From positions 1-28,709 of the IMG/VR virus record IMGVR_UViG_3300017707_000173: a DNA stretch of 28,709 nt; one strand, 5' to 3'. Below are positions 17,446 through 26,233 of this stretch, in pieces. The notes beneath the pieces were generated by a model, which worked only from the letters and a program-made list of their open reading frames with translations, was not told the origin of the DNA and did no database searches. The position numbers and the translations under genes were made by a program. Position 1 is the stretch's first letter. The number at the start of each line of letters is the position of its first letter. This DNA comes from a virus (lineage: Duplodnaviria > Caudoviricetes).

Positions 17446-17781
17446 ATGACTGTAACTGCAAAAACACTGGCTGAAGGCCAGATCATACCTAACTCAAATA
17501 CGACGGTGTACACCGCGCCCCTTAACACGACGACTATTATTGACAAATTAACTTCGTTCAATTACGACACTGTGCCAAGAGTCATTACAATCAGTATCGT
17601 AGCGTCAGGTGGTTCGGTAGGCGACGCGTACTACGTGGCAAAGCGCACCTTAGCAGCTAATGAAACGTATATATGGCCTGAGGTTGTTGGGCAGATTCTT
17701 AACACGGGCGATTATGTGTCGGCTATTGCCAGCAACAATACCGGCGTTAACTTACGCATGAGTGGGCGCGAGATTACATGA
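17446..17781 (+). CDS. Small beta-rich putative tail protein
   Basis: 111 aa, VYTAP..TIIDK..ETY.WPE.VGQ.L..GD..SGRE pattern, in the tail cluster. Confidence 0.6.
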   Translation: MTVTAKTLAEGQIIPNSNTTVYTAPLNTTTIIDKLTSFNYDTVPRVITISIVASGGSVGDAYYVAKRTLAANETYIWPEVVGQILNTGDYVSAIASNNTGVNLRMSGREIT

Positions 17782-18119
17782 TTCATCATCACTTCAGCGC
17801 GGGTGTTTACGCAAAGGAAACGCGTATTCCCGCAGGGTATGTGCTTGTTCAGCACAAACATAAGTTTGATCACTTGTCTATCTTGGCAAGCGGATCAATT
17901 GAACTTATGGTTGATGGTGTTCGTTCTGAAGTTCATGCGCCTGCGTGTTTAACCATTGAAGCTAATAAACACCACGGCGTAAAATCGCTTACAGATGTTG
18001 TTTGGTATTGTATTCACGCGACTGACTGTACTGATGAAGACAGAATTGACGAAGTATTAATCGCGTCTGGCGATAAATCTGAAGCGCAGCGCATGGCTCA
18101 GTGCCTAGAGGAGAATTAA
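17778..18119 (+). CDS. Cupin-fold protein
   Basis: HKHKFDHLSILASGSIEL..IEANKHHGV matches the two cupin metal-binding motifs. ATGA overlap with the previous gene. Confidence 0.7.
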   Translation: MIHHHFSAGVYAKETRIPAGYVLVQHKHKFDHLSILASGSIELMVDGVRSEVHAPACLTIEANKHHGVKSLTDVVWYCIHATDCTDEDRIDEVLIASGDKSEAQRMAQCLEEN

Positions 18120-18120
18120 C

Positions 18121-18828
18121 ATGCCTTGGATGATAGCCGCCGCCGTTGTCGGTAGTTCTTTAATAGGCTCTAGCGCGTCTAAAAAAGCCGCTAGTACGCA
18201 AGCTGACGCCGCTAATCGCGCTGCTGACTTGCAGATGAAGCAGTTTGAGCGCCAGGTTGAACTGCAAGAGCCTTGGCGTCAGGCGGGCATCACGGCGCTC
18301 AACAAGCTCACGCCGTTGGCGACTGAATATACGCCGTTCGGTATGCAGCAGTTTCAGCAAGACCCCGGTTACGCGTTTCGTCTGCAAGAGGGTATGAAGG
18401 CACTGGAGCGATCGGCGGCGGCGCGAGGTGGCCTATTGTCGGGCGGTATGCTTAAAGGCGCGCAACAATACGGCCAAGACCTAGCGTCGCAAGAGTATAT
18501 GAACGCGTTTAACCGTTACCAAGCCGAGCGTAACGCACGTCTGAACCCCTTGCAGTCATTAGCAGGCATAGGCCAAACGGCAACGAACCAGTTAGGTCAG
18601 GCAGGACAGACGATGGCAGGCAACGTCGGCCAAGCGATGGGCGCTGCCGCACAAGCAAGAGCGTCTGGGTACGTGGGCGGCGCTAACGCACTATCGCAAG
18701 GTCTTGGTACGTACTTGAACTACCAACAAGGCCAAAACTTTTTGAACGCTATCCGCCGCCCAGAAAGTGAAGTTGCTGCTGCGCCTATTTATCCGGGTGG
18801 ATATTATTCGCAAGGATACGGAGGTTAA
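18121..18828 (+). CDS. DNA ejection (pilot) protein, P22 gp7-like
   Basis: Hydrophobic Gly/Ala N-terminus, Q/A-rich, DPGYAFRLQEG..SAAARGGLLSG motif. First of three ejection-type genes. Confidence 0.8.
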   Translation: MPWMIAAAVVGSSLIGSSASKKAASTQADAANRAADLQMKQFERQVELQEPWRQAGITALNKLTPLATEYTPFGMQQFQQDPGYAFRLQEGMKALERSAAARGGLLSGGMLKGAQQYGQDLASQEYMNAFNRYQAERNARLNPLQSLAGIGQTATNQLGQAGQTMAGNVGQAMGAAAQARASGYVGGANALSQGLGTYLNYQQGQNFLNAIRRPESEVAAAPIYPGGYYSQGYGG

Positions 18829-18830
18829 TT

Positions 18831-20261
18831 ATGGCTCTCGTTGACCCAAACATCGCGCTGTCATACAAGGGCGTCCAGCTTCAAGACCCGCTCGACCAGT
18901 ACAGCAAGGCGTCTGCGGCGCAGTTCAACGCGCTTAAAATGGACGAGATCATGCGCGAGCGCGAGGCGCTGTCGCAGATTCAATCAACGATTGCGTCTAA
19001 AGGTGGCCCAACCGATTTAAGAGCTGCCGCGCAAGCAATGTTTAAGACCGGCAGGCCTGAGTTTGTAAAAACGGCTGTGTCTATCCTAGAGCGGTTAGAC
19101 AACCAAGAGCAGTTTAGTCAGTATTTAAGGCAAGTTGAAGGACCGGCTGCTAACGCATTAGCGCCCGCCGCTGCCGCTGCCCCTGCACCTGCCCCTGCGG
19201 AAGCACCCGCGCCAGCACCAGCTAACGCCTTAACCTCTGCGCCCGCTCCTGCCGAGACACCCCCCGCTAATGCGTTGGCTGCGCCACCGTCCGCAGCAAA
19301 AGCTGCCCCGCCATCAGCTAAAGAGTTAGAGCGACGCTACAGAATGGTGTCCAACATCAATACGCCAGCCGCTAAGGCTGAAGCGCAGTTGATATTGCAA
19401 CAAATTCAAAACGAATTCCGCGCTACGTTGCCGCCTGAGACTATTCGCACGATGACGTCGCTCGGCTATCCGGCCACACCAGAAGGGTACCAAGCGTTCC
19501 AGAGCGCCCAACGACCGCCTCAACAACCGCGTACTCCTATTGCAGTGCTTCAAAACGGTAGGCCAACTTACGTTGATCCTGCGAACGCTATAGGGCAAAT
19601 ACCCGTTACTTCGGCTGCTATTCAAGTAATAACACCACCAAAAGAAAAAGGTTCTAAGGAATCTGAAGCACCTAAGCCTCCTTCAGGGTATCGCTTTACG
19701 CCGTCGGGCAATCTTGAGCCTATCCCTGGTGGTCCAGCAGCGCCGGGATTGTCGAACAAAGACATTCAAAAACGTGAAGCAGTATTTCCGCAGGCAACGC
19801 AAGCTGTCAAAGGGTTTGAGACTAAATCTGATCTGTTTATTAGGGATTTAGAGCGCCTTCGAGATGACCCAGGTTTGAATCAAATTACTGGCCCTATCTA
19901 TGGCCGCACGCCAAGCGTAAGTCAAGCAGGTAGTCGAGCGCAGGCGCTGTACGATAAGATTTTTGCCAAAGGTGGTTTTCAAGCGTTGCAGGATATGCGT
20001 GAAGCGTCCAAAACAGGTGGCGCGCTTGGTAACGTGTCTAACGAAGAAGGGCGTCGCCTTGAAAAGTCAATTGTTGGTGGTCTTGACAGAACGCAGAACA
20101 TCAAGGATGTTAGGCGCAATATCAACGATTTAATTGATGAGATTCGCACGTCGAAATCGCGTGTACGGGAAGCCTATGAATCAACATACGACTATCGTAC
20201 GCAACAAGGTGCTGCACCATCACCAGCCCCTGCTTCTGGCGGCTGGTCCGTCGTGAGGTAG
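18831..20261 (+). CDS. DNA ejection protein, gp20-position
   Basis: Assigned by gene order. Helical, with a Pro/Ala linker and PPSGYRFTPSGNLEPIPGGPA and GALGNVSNEEGRRL motifs. Confidence 0.65.
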   Translation: MALVDPNIALSYKGVQLQDPLDQYSKASAAQFNALKMDEIMREREALSQIQSTIASKGGPTDLRAAAQAMFKTGRPEFVKTAVSILERLDNQEQFSQYLRQVEGPAANALAPAAAAAPAPAPAEAPAPAPANALTSAPAPAETPPANALAAPPSAAKAAPPSAKELERRYRMVSNINTPAAKAEAQLILQQIQNEFRATLPPETIRTMTSLGYPATPEGYQAFQSAQRPPQQPRTPIAVLQNGRPTYVDPANAIGQIPVTSAAIQVITPPKEKGSKESEAPKPPSGYRFTPSGNLEPIPGGPAAPGLSNKDIQKREAVFPQATQAVKGFETKSDLFIRDLERLRDDPGLNQITGPIYGRTPSVSQAGSRAQALYDKIFAKGGFQALQDMREASKTGGALGNVSNEEGRRLEKSIVGGLDRTQNIKDVRRNINDLIDEIRTSKSRVREAYESTYDYRTQQGAAPSPAPASGGWSVVR

Positions 20262-20263
20262 TC

Positions 20264-22414
20264 ATGGCCGATCAAATCTACAAGGTACGCGATCCTCAAG
20301 GCAACATCCGAGAAATCAGAGGACCGGCGGGCGCTAGCGACGAGGAAGTCATCGCGCAAGCACAACGGCTGTTTGCCCCGCCTGCCCCGGCACCTGCTGA
20401 ACCACCTGCACCCGAGCCGCGCAGCGAGGGTATGCCCACGGCACCTCGTCAGGAGTTGACCGCAGGGCAACGTATGTACCAAAGTATTAGGCCTTACGTA
20501 GCACCTACGATTGAAGCGCTAGGATCAGCAGGCGGTGCTTTGTTAGGGGCGCCGCTTGGACCTCCCGGTGTTGTAGGTGGTGCCGGTTTAGGTTATGGGC
20601 TTGCTAAGGAGGCGCTTGAGTTAGGCGACGTCTATCTAGGCGGTAAAGAGCCACGCCAAGGCCCAGCTATTGCAACAGAGCCTGCTAAAAACGTCCTTGA
20701 GGGCGCAACTTATGAAGCAGGCGGGCGCGTTGTTGCGCCATTGCTTGGTAAAGCACTTGGCAAAGTTGTTGACCTTAAAAACTTAGCAGAAACTAAAGCC
20801 GCCAAAGTAGGTCGGGAGGCGTTAGGTAAAGACCTTGAACAGACTTTAGAGATATTGCGTAACGCGCCACCAAACGCAAATGTCGCAGAAATTACAGCCA
20901 AGATTCAAAACCCGACTTGGCAAGCCTTTATACGCGACGCTTTAGAAAAAAGTCCTTCCGGTGCTCAGTACCTAAACAAGTTCGCCACGATGAGCCACGA
21001 CGAAGGCGTCAACGCGCTAGCGAAACTGGCGGGCGGCGCAACGGCTACGGACGTGCGCGCTACGACGGACCTTATGAAACAGACGCTGCGCGACATCACA
21101 TCGCCAGCTCGTCAAGCAGCGTTGAATCGCGCTAATCTTGGTCAGCAAGTCGCACAGTATGAGGCTGAGGCCGGTAAGTTAAGCGCTGAGGCAGCAGCGA
21201 AGGTGCAAGAGGTGCGCCGATTGATTGACCTTGGCGATCATGCGGCAGCAGCCGCGCGGTTGCAAGAGATTAAAGCGGGTGTACCGGCAGGGTCACGTTT
21301 TGCGCCTGCTAAGGTGCAACCAGGCTACTCAAACACTTGGGCCGCGACGTTTACTTACCCCGGCAAGCTAGCGCAAATGTCTGACGAATGGGCGTCGAGG
21401 GCAGCAGAGGCGTCGCTTGATTTAGGTCAAGGCGCTAGGTTTGCTCAGTCTGCGGCAGACAGCCTACGGGCGGCAGGCATTAAGCCGCTCAAAGGCGATG
21501 AGATCGTAGGCCAGATTCGCGGCGTATTGAACAACCCTGAGTTTGCAGGCAACGATCTGCTTAGTGGCGCGGCTAAGAATGTCGCTAACGACATCGCTCA
21601 GTGGACTAAGAGCGGCGGTATTATCGACGCCAGAGCGTTAGATGCGATTCGTAAGAACTCCATTAACGCTACGGTGCAACAATTGCGCCCTGGCGTAGAC
21701 GCTACAACGCAGCGCAACTTAGCGGCTAAGGTAACGGCTGAGTTAAAGCCAACACTCATTAACGCCATCGAAGCGGCAGGTGGTAAGGGCTATCGTGAGT
21801 ACCTTGATGAGTTTTCCAGAGGTATGCAAAAGATCGCTGAAACCAAACTGACCGGCGAAGCTGCTAGGCTATGGAAGACGGACAAAGACGCGTTTGTGCG
21901 TCTGGTGCAGAACGAAGCGCCTGACGTTGTTGAAAAGTTTCTTGGCCCAGGCAACTACAACATCGCCACGGAACTGAGCGAGGAGACGGTTTCCACGCTA
22001 CAGTCGTTGGCGTCAAAACGCGTCAATCAACTTGCCGCTAGCAAACAAGCCTCCGAGGGGCAAAAGGCGTTGGCGGTGCTGTTGAACGAAAATGCGTCTA
22101 AACTTCGCATCCCTTCGATCCTTAGTTTTTGGGCTACTGCTACCAACAAGACACTTAGCGAGATAGAAAAATCGATTGGTAGCAAGAGTATGAAAATCCT
22201 TGCCGATGCTATGCAGTCGCCCCAAGGCGCAAAGAACCTGTTAGAAAAGTTGCCCGCGCAAGAGCGCAATAATGTGTTGAAGATTATTAGCAACCCATCA
22301 GCCTTTAAAAACAAAGCCGCGCAGCGTGCTGCGGAGTTTATGAGAAGTGGAGCAACAACGACGTCTATTAATGCGCTAGCATCTGAACCTAGCGAAAATG
22401 CGCTGATCGATTAA
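20264..22414 (+). CDS. Large DNA ejection protein, gp16-position
   Basis: Assigned by gene order. 716 aa, Ala-rich and helical, with a Gly-rich hydrophobic segment GSAGGALLGAPLGPPGVVGGAGLGYG. Confidence 0.65.
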   Translation: MADQIYKVRDPQGNIREIRGPAGASDEEVIAQAQRLFAPPAPAPAEPPAPEPRSEGMPTAPRQELTAGQRMYQSIRPYVAPTIEALGSAGGALLGAPLGPPGVVGGAGLGYGLAKEALELGDVYLGGKEPRQGPAIATEPAKNVLEGATYEAGGRVVAPLLGKALGKVVDLKNLAETKAAKVGREALGKDLEQTLEILRNAPPNANVAEITAKIQNPTWQAFIRDALEKSPSGAQYLNKFATMSHDEGVNALAKLAGGATATDVRATTDLMKQTLRDITSPARQAALNRANLGQQVAQYEAEAGKLSAEAAAKVQEVRRLIDLGDHAAAAARLQEIKAGVPAGSRFAPAKVQPGYSNTWAATFTYPGKLAQMSDEWASRAAEASLDLGQGARFAQSAADSLRAAGIKPLKGDEIVGQIRGVLNNPEFAGNDLLSGAAKNVANDIAQWTKSGGIIDARALDAIRKNSINATVQQLRPGVDATTQRNLAAKVTAELKPTLINAIEAAGGKGYREYLDEFSRGMQKIAETKLTGEAARLWKTDKDAFVRLVQNEAPDVVEKFLGPGNYNIATELSEETVSTLQSLASKRVNQLAASKQASEGQKALAVLLNENASKLRIPSILSFWATATNKTLSEIEKSIGSKSMKILADAMQSPQGAKNLLEKLPAQERNNVLKIISNPSAFKNKAAQRAAEFMRSGATTTSINALASEPSENALID

Positions 22415-22429
22415 TAGGTAAGGAACATC

Positions 22430-22648
22430 ATGGAGCACGATGTGGATACGCGTTTGACTGTCCATGAGGCAGTTTGTGCAGAGCGGTATAAGTCGATTGA
22501 ACAGTCATTTGGTCGTGTCGAGCAACGCTTCGACGATGGCTCGGCTAAGATGAAGCGTTTAGAGTACCTCATGTACGCCGTCATGGTCGCTGTGCTCCTT
22601 GGGCCTGGTGCTGCTGCAATTTTTTTTAAGAAGTTGTTAGGTGTTTAA
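22430..22648 (+). CDS. Putative holin/membrane protein (coiled coil plus one TM helix)
   Basis: HEAVCAERY N-terminus and a hydrophobic C-terminal YLMYAVMVAVLLGPGAAAIFF. Directly upstream of the endolysin. Confidence 0.6.
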   Translation: MEHDVDTRLTVHEAVCAERYKSIEQSFGRVEQRFDDGSAKMKRLEYLMYAVMVAVLLGPGAAAIFFKKLLGV

Positions 22649-23021
22649 GTTAGGTAAAAGGTCTATCGAGCGTCTGCAAGGCGTTCATCCTGATCTCGTG
22701 CGCGTCGTTGAGCGCGCGATTGATCTGACAACGGTAGACTTTACGGTCCTTGAAGGCTTGCGCTCGCCCGAGCGTCAACAGACTTTAGTAGCATCCGGTG
22801 CTAGCCAGACACTTAATAGCCGTCACATCACAGGCCACGCCGTCGATCTAGGTGCGTGGGTAGACAATCAAGTCGATTGGTCTTGGCCGCTGTACACCAA
22901 GATTGCCAACGCCATGAAAGCCGCCGCTAACGAGTTAGGCGTTGCTATCGTGTGGGGCGGCGATTGGCGCACGTTCAAGGACGGCCCGCACTTTGAGCTA
23001 GACCGCAGGTACTACCCGTAA
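22641..23021 (+). CDS. Endolysin, M15 family L-Ala-D-Glu peptidase
   Basis: GTG start. GVHPDL, EGLRS, SRHITGHAVD, WGGDW and DGPHFEL zinc-peptidase motifs. Confidence 0.92.
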   Translation: MFKLGKRSIERLQGVHPDLVRVVERAIDLTTVDFTVLEGLRSPERQQTLVASGASQTLNSRHITGHAVDLGAWVDNQVDWSWPLYTKIANAMKAAANELGVAIVWGGDWRTFKDGPHFELDRRYYP

Positions 23022-23386
23022 TGGACCCGCTAACGATCCTCGCCGCGTTTGGCCCACTGGCAGTCGATCTTGGTAAGTCCTTGATCGGTCGGTTTATACA
23101 GACAGACGGTTACAAACCCACCAACATCGCTGAGTACGTGCGGATGCGCGAACTAGACCTTAACATGTTCAAGGCGATGAACGACGCAGGCGGTGCTAAC
23201 CCGTCCTACCCGTGGGTCGAGGCGATCGTACGGCTGATGCGACCAGGTGTTGCGCTTATCGTGCTCACGACGTGGGCGACGCTTAAGCTCAACGGTCAGT
23301 CATCAGAGTCGGTTGATAACTTCGCAGCCGCCGTAGGGTTCTATCTCTTTGGCGACCGGACGCTGTTCTACTCAAAGAAACGCTAA
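23021..23386 (+). CDS. Putative holin-like membrane protein
   Basis: TAATG overlap. Amphipathic N-terminus and two hydrophobic segments with WV..LMRP and GFYLFGDRT motifs, as in 3TM holin-like proteins. Confidence 0.6.
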   Translation: MDPLTILAAFGPLAVDLGKSLIGRFIQTDGYKPTNIAEYVRMRELDLNMFKAMNDAGGANPSYPWVEAIVRLMRPGVALIVLTTWATLKLNGQSSESVDNFAAAVGFYLFGDRTLFYSKKR

Positions 23387-23568
23387 AGCGCCCTTGCTTC
23401 TCTCAGCAACTCCATCCGCTCGCGTGCCGTACGCAGCGCCGTGTAGCGTTGATGCAGCCGCTCTAGTATCGAGATGCGCCTAGCGCCTGCTCGCTCCTCA
23501 TTAAGCAAACTCAACACCTGATCCTCGGTCATAAGCGCCAGTTCTTTGTTGAGCTTTCGCCAGTTCAT
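23383..23568 (-). CDS. Small hypothetical protein
   Basis: Likely start MNWRKLNKEL at 23568. Helical with LERLHQRY motif; last gene of the leftward operon. Confidence 0.6.
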   Translation of the reverse strand: MNWRKLNKELALMTEDQVLSLLNEERAGARRISILERLHQRYTALRTARERMELLREARAL

Positions 23569-23713
23569 ACTCAATTTTGTTCTCCAGTTCGGTAATCTGC
23601 TTTTGTATGCGCTCAAGTGCGCGGTACTGCTGCCGCAACATCTTCTCGTGCTGATGCTGCTCGGCTTTAGCGGCTTTAAGTTTAGTCTGCCATAAACTAA
23701 GTCGGGAGGTCAT
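23501..23713 (-). CDS. Small coiled-coil hypothetical protein
   Basis: 70 aa heptad pattern that fills the gap in the leftward operon. Its 3' end overlaps the next gene by 68 nt. Confidence 0.5.
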   Translation of the reverse strand: MTSRLSLWQTKLKAAKAEQHQHEKMLRQQYRALERIQKQITELENKIEYELAKAQQRTGAYDRGSGVEFA

Positions 23714-23897
23714 AGCGGTCCTTAATCACTCGCATGATGTCTTTAGGCGTCATGTTGGGTATGGCTGCGATCAGTATGCAATCCATCGCCACCTTTTGCG
23801 CGAACTGGCGCATTTCCTTGACGGTCATCACGGCGATCGGCAACTGCTCGGTAGCGGCGTTGCGGATCATGCCAATCAATTCATCGTCGCTAATCAT
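23697..23897 (-). CDS. Small hypothetical protein
   Basis: ATG at 23897 (MISDDELIGM) overlaps the upstream stop (ATGA). Confidence 0.55.
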   Translation of the reverse strand: MISDDELIGMIRNAATEQLPIAVMTVKEMRQFAQKVAMDCILIAAIPNMTPKDIMRVIKDRYDLPT

Positions 23898-24205
23898 AAC
23901 GAGAAGGGGTTGTGCCAAGAGATTTTCTTATTGCGCGTGGGTGGCGTTATCTCGGTCGCGGTGTAGCCGTAGGCCCAGCCCGATCGCTTTGATACAGATG
24001 ACTGCCGTTTGACGCGCTTGCGTATGATCTTGCCTTCGTCCAGCAAAGGCCACAATGAGTTATGAATAGTCTTTGATGACATCTTAAGTTTGGAGGCTAA
24101 CTCAATCGCCGTGATCGGTGTCGAGCGTTGCTGCAAATACTTTAGACATGCTTGTTTCCGATCAACGGCTGATCCTTTTCTCAGCCGCACTATACCTATA
24201 GCCAT
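23894..24205 (-). CDS. Winged helix-turn-helix DNA-binding protein
   Basis: ATG at 24205 after SD GGAG. CLKYLQQ..PITAIELASKLKMSSKTIHNSLWPLLDEGKI is a typical wHTH pattern. Confidence 0.75.
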   Translation of the reverse strand: MAIGIVRLRKGSAVDRKQACLKYLQQRSTPITAIELASKLKMSSKTIHNSLWPLLDEGKIIRKRVKRQSSVSKRSGWAYGYTATEITPPTRNKKISWHNPFSL

Positions 24206-24429
24206 GTGCTTTTCTCCAATAAAATCTGTTTGATGTGCGCGGGTACCTTGGGCAACGGCGCCCAGGCCACCGCCCAATCGTCCCAAGTCCCGATGACGCA
24301 GACACCACTAGGGTTTAGCAGTAGCATTTTTACGCCAAGCGGCGGCTCCTGATCTTCAGCGGTGCGCCAAAAAGCCTCGCCAGATAGATAAGAGGTGGCT
24401 TTCTGATACATGTTGTGATCGCCACTCAT
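24196..24429 (-). CDS. Small hypothetical protein (DUF551-like)
   Basis: ATG at 24429 after SD GGAGG. W....PP.G..MLL...VAWAPLPKVP pattern. Confidence 0.6.
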   Translation of the reverse strand: MSGDHNMYQKATSYLSGEAFWRTAEDQEPPLGVKMLLLNPSGVCVIGTWDDWAVAWAPLPKVPAHIKQILLEKSTWL

Positions 24430-25724
24430 TTCAGTGCCTCCATAGCAATATCGCTTAGTTTGCGTTTGTCGTGCAGCGCGGTCCATATGCGCTCATCGAC
24501 GGTATCTTTAGTCATCATGGCGTAGACCCACACGTCGCGCTGCTGGCCGGAGCGGTGCAGACGTCCGACAGTTTGTTCGAAAAGCTCAAGTGACCACGGC
24601 AGGGACAGAAACACCATGTGGCACCCTCCGAACTGCAAGTTAAGGCCGTGACCGGCTGATTTTGGATGCACCGCCAAAAGCGGTACGTTGCCAGCGTTCC
24701 ATCGTTCAATGGCGTCAGGGTCGTCCAAAACGGTAAGATTTCGGTATCGTCGTTTGAGTTCATCAAGCTCCTCTTTGTATTGGTAAACAAGGATCGTGTT
24801 AGCGCGTTGATTCTCAGACAGCAGATCATCTAACGCATCAAACTTGTGCGGGCTAAACCAGACAGGCTCAGGCGAGTAAACAAACCCTGACGACATCTGC
24901 TGTAGCTTCTGCGTGACAACCGCAGCGTTTTGAGCGATAGCCTGAGCGTCGGGGAACTGCACCACGAAGTCACGCTTCATCGCCTCGTACGGCTCACGGT
25001 CGTTCAATTGCACGTCTATTTGCACCACATGGCAGGGCGGCAACTTATCCTTGTACTCGCCTGGCTCTAGTACAAAAGTAGCAGGTTTGATGCGCTGCAT
25101 GACGCGCTCTAGCGCGCCAGGTAGCGGCGTCCAATCGTCGAACCCAGCGTAAGTATTAAGACTAAAGTATTGCTGCATAAACGCGCCTTTTGAGCGCCCG
25201 AGCAACTTTTGATCGATGATCTTGCACTGGCCAAAGACGTCCTCAAGACCGTTGCTTGTGAACGAGCCGGTCAGACCCCAACGGATCGGACAATCAAGCA
25301 CTTTCGCAAGTGCTTTAAATCTGGCACCTGATGGGTTCTTGAGGCGTGTCAACTCATCAAACACAACACCATCAAAGTCCATCGACTGTTCGGCCAGCCA
25401 CTGCAAGTTGTCGTAATTGATCACAACAACCTGCGCGGTCAAGGCGGCGGTGCGTTGCTTTGGCGTTCCGACCGCAACCTGCACATCTAGCTCGGGCGCC
25501 CACTTAGGTGCCTCGATGGGCCACACGTCGGTGCACACGCGCTTAGGGGCTACGACTAGCCAACGCGCGACTAGCCCATCACGCACCATATCGCTCATGG
25601 CGGTAAGCGTGATCGCAGTCTTGCCCGCACCTACGGGCGCGAGCACCATCGCACGATCGCGCTCGTACAAGAAGTCAGCGGCCTGCACTTGATAAGGCCT
25701 AAGTTTTTTCCCACGCATCAACAT
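24426..25724 (-). CDS. SNF2-family (SF2) helicase
   Basis: LRPYQ, GAGKT (Walker A), FDEL (Walker B), LTGS, SAGHGLNLQ and QTVGRLHRSGQ motifs. The start is 25724 or 25718. Confidence 0.93.
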   Translation of the reverse strand: MLMRGKKLRPYQVQAADFLYERDRAMVLAPVGAGKTAITLTAMSDMVRDGLVARWLVVAPKRVCTDVWPIEAPKWAPELDVQVAVGTPKQRTAALTAQVVVINYDNLQWLAEQSMDFDGVVFDELTRLKNPSGARFKALAKVLDCPIRWGLTGSFTSNGLEDVFGQCKIIDQKLLGRSKGAFMQQYFSLNTYAGFDDWTPLPGALERVMQRIKPATFVLEPGEYKDKLPPCHVVQIDVQLNDREPYEAMKRDFVVQFPDAQAIAQNAAVVTQKLQQMSSGFVYSPEPVWFSPHKFDALDDLLSENQRANTILVYQYKEELDELKRRYRNLTVLDDPDAIERWNAGNVPLLAVHPKSAGHGLNLQFGGCHMVFLSLPWSLELFEQTVGRLHRSGQQRDVWVYAMMTKDTVDERIWTALHDKRKLSDIAMEALK

Positions 25725-25965
25725 CTTCCTTGCTCCATAAACAAGCGTACCGTTGCCCTAGCCGTGCCATGTCGTCAGCAAACACCTTCTGTAGCGGCGA
25801 CAGACGGCCACCAGGCGCCTTAAGTTCAATGAACCACACCACACCATCAGGCAGCACGACGATGCGGTCTGCGACGCCACGGTGGGCGGGGCTTACGAAC
25901 TTGTAGGCAATACCGCCCATCGCTTTGACGCGCTTAACGAGATACGCTTCAATGTGTTTTTCCAT
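25699..25965 (-). CDS. VRR-NUC domain nuclease
   Basis: MEKHIEAYL..KFVSP..GVADRIV..FIELKAPGGRLSPLQ. The start at 25965 is preferred over 26031. Confidence 0.9.
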   Translation of the reverse strand: MEKHIEAYLVKRVKAMGGIAYKFVSPAHRGVADRIVVLPDGVVWFIELKAPGGRLSPLQKVFADDMARLGQRYACLWSKEDVDAWEKT

Positions 25966-25971
25966 GACTGC

Positions 25972-26000
25972 ATCATAGCCTGTCAAAAAGTATTTGACAA
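25972..26000 (-). promoter_or_regulatory. Leftward sigma70-type promoter
   Basis: On the - strand: TTGTCA (26000-25995), 17 bp, TATGAT (25977-25972). Confidence 0.65.
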
Positions 26001-26021
26001 GTTTATTAGATGTGCTACAGT
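25994..26021 (+). promoter_or_regulatory. Rightward sigma70-type promoter
   Basis: TTGACA (25994-25999), 16 bp, TACAGT (26016-26021), preceded by an extended -10 TG. Confidence 0.65.
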
Positions 26022-26050
26022 GAAGTCTCAATCAACTAAAGGACAGTCAA

Positions 26051-26233
26051 ATGGATGATGACTACATTTCAATCGATGCCCGCCAGGGCGACACCATCAA
26101 CCTTAGCCTGCATAGCGACGGCATCTGGGTATCGATGTTTAAAAGCTCCTGCTACGCCTCTACGATGCTGACCATGAAGCAAGCCATCGAGTTGCGTGAC
26201 GCCATCAATAAACTGTTAGAGGTGGACGCATGA
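26051..26233 (+). CDS. Small hypothetical protein
   Basis: SD AAAGGA. First gene after the rightward promoter, with ATGA overlap to the next gene. Confidence 0.6.
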   Translation: MDDDYISIDARQGDTINLSLHSDGIWVSMFKSSCYASTMLTMKQAIELRDAINKLLEVDA

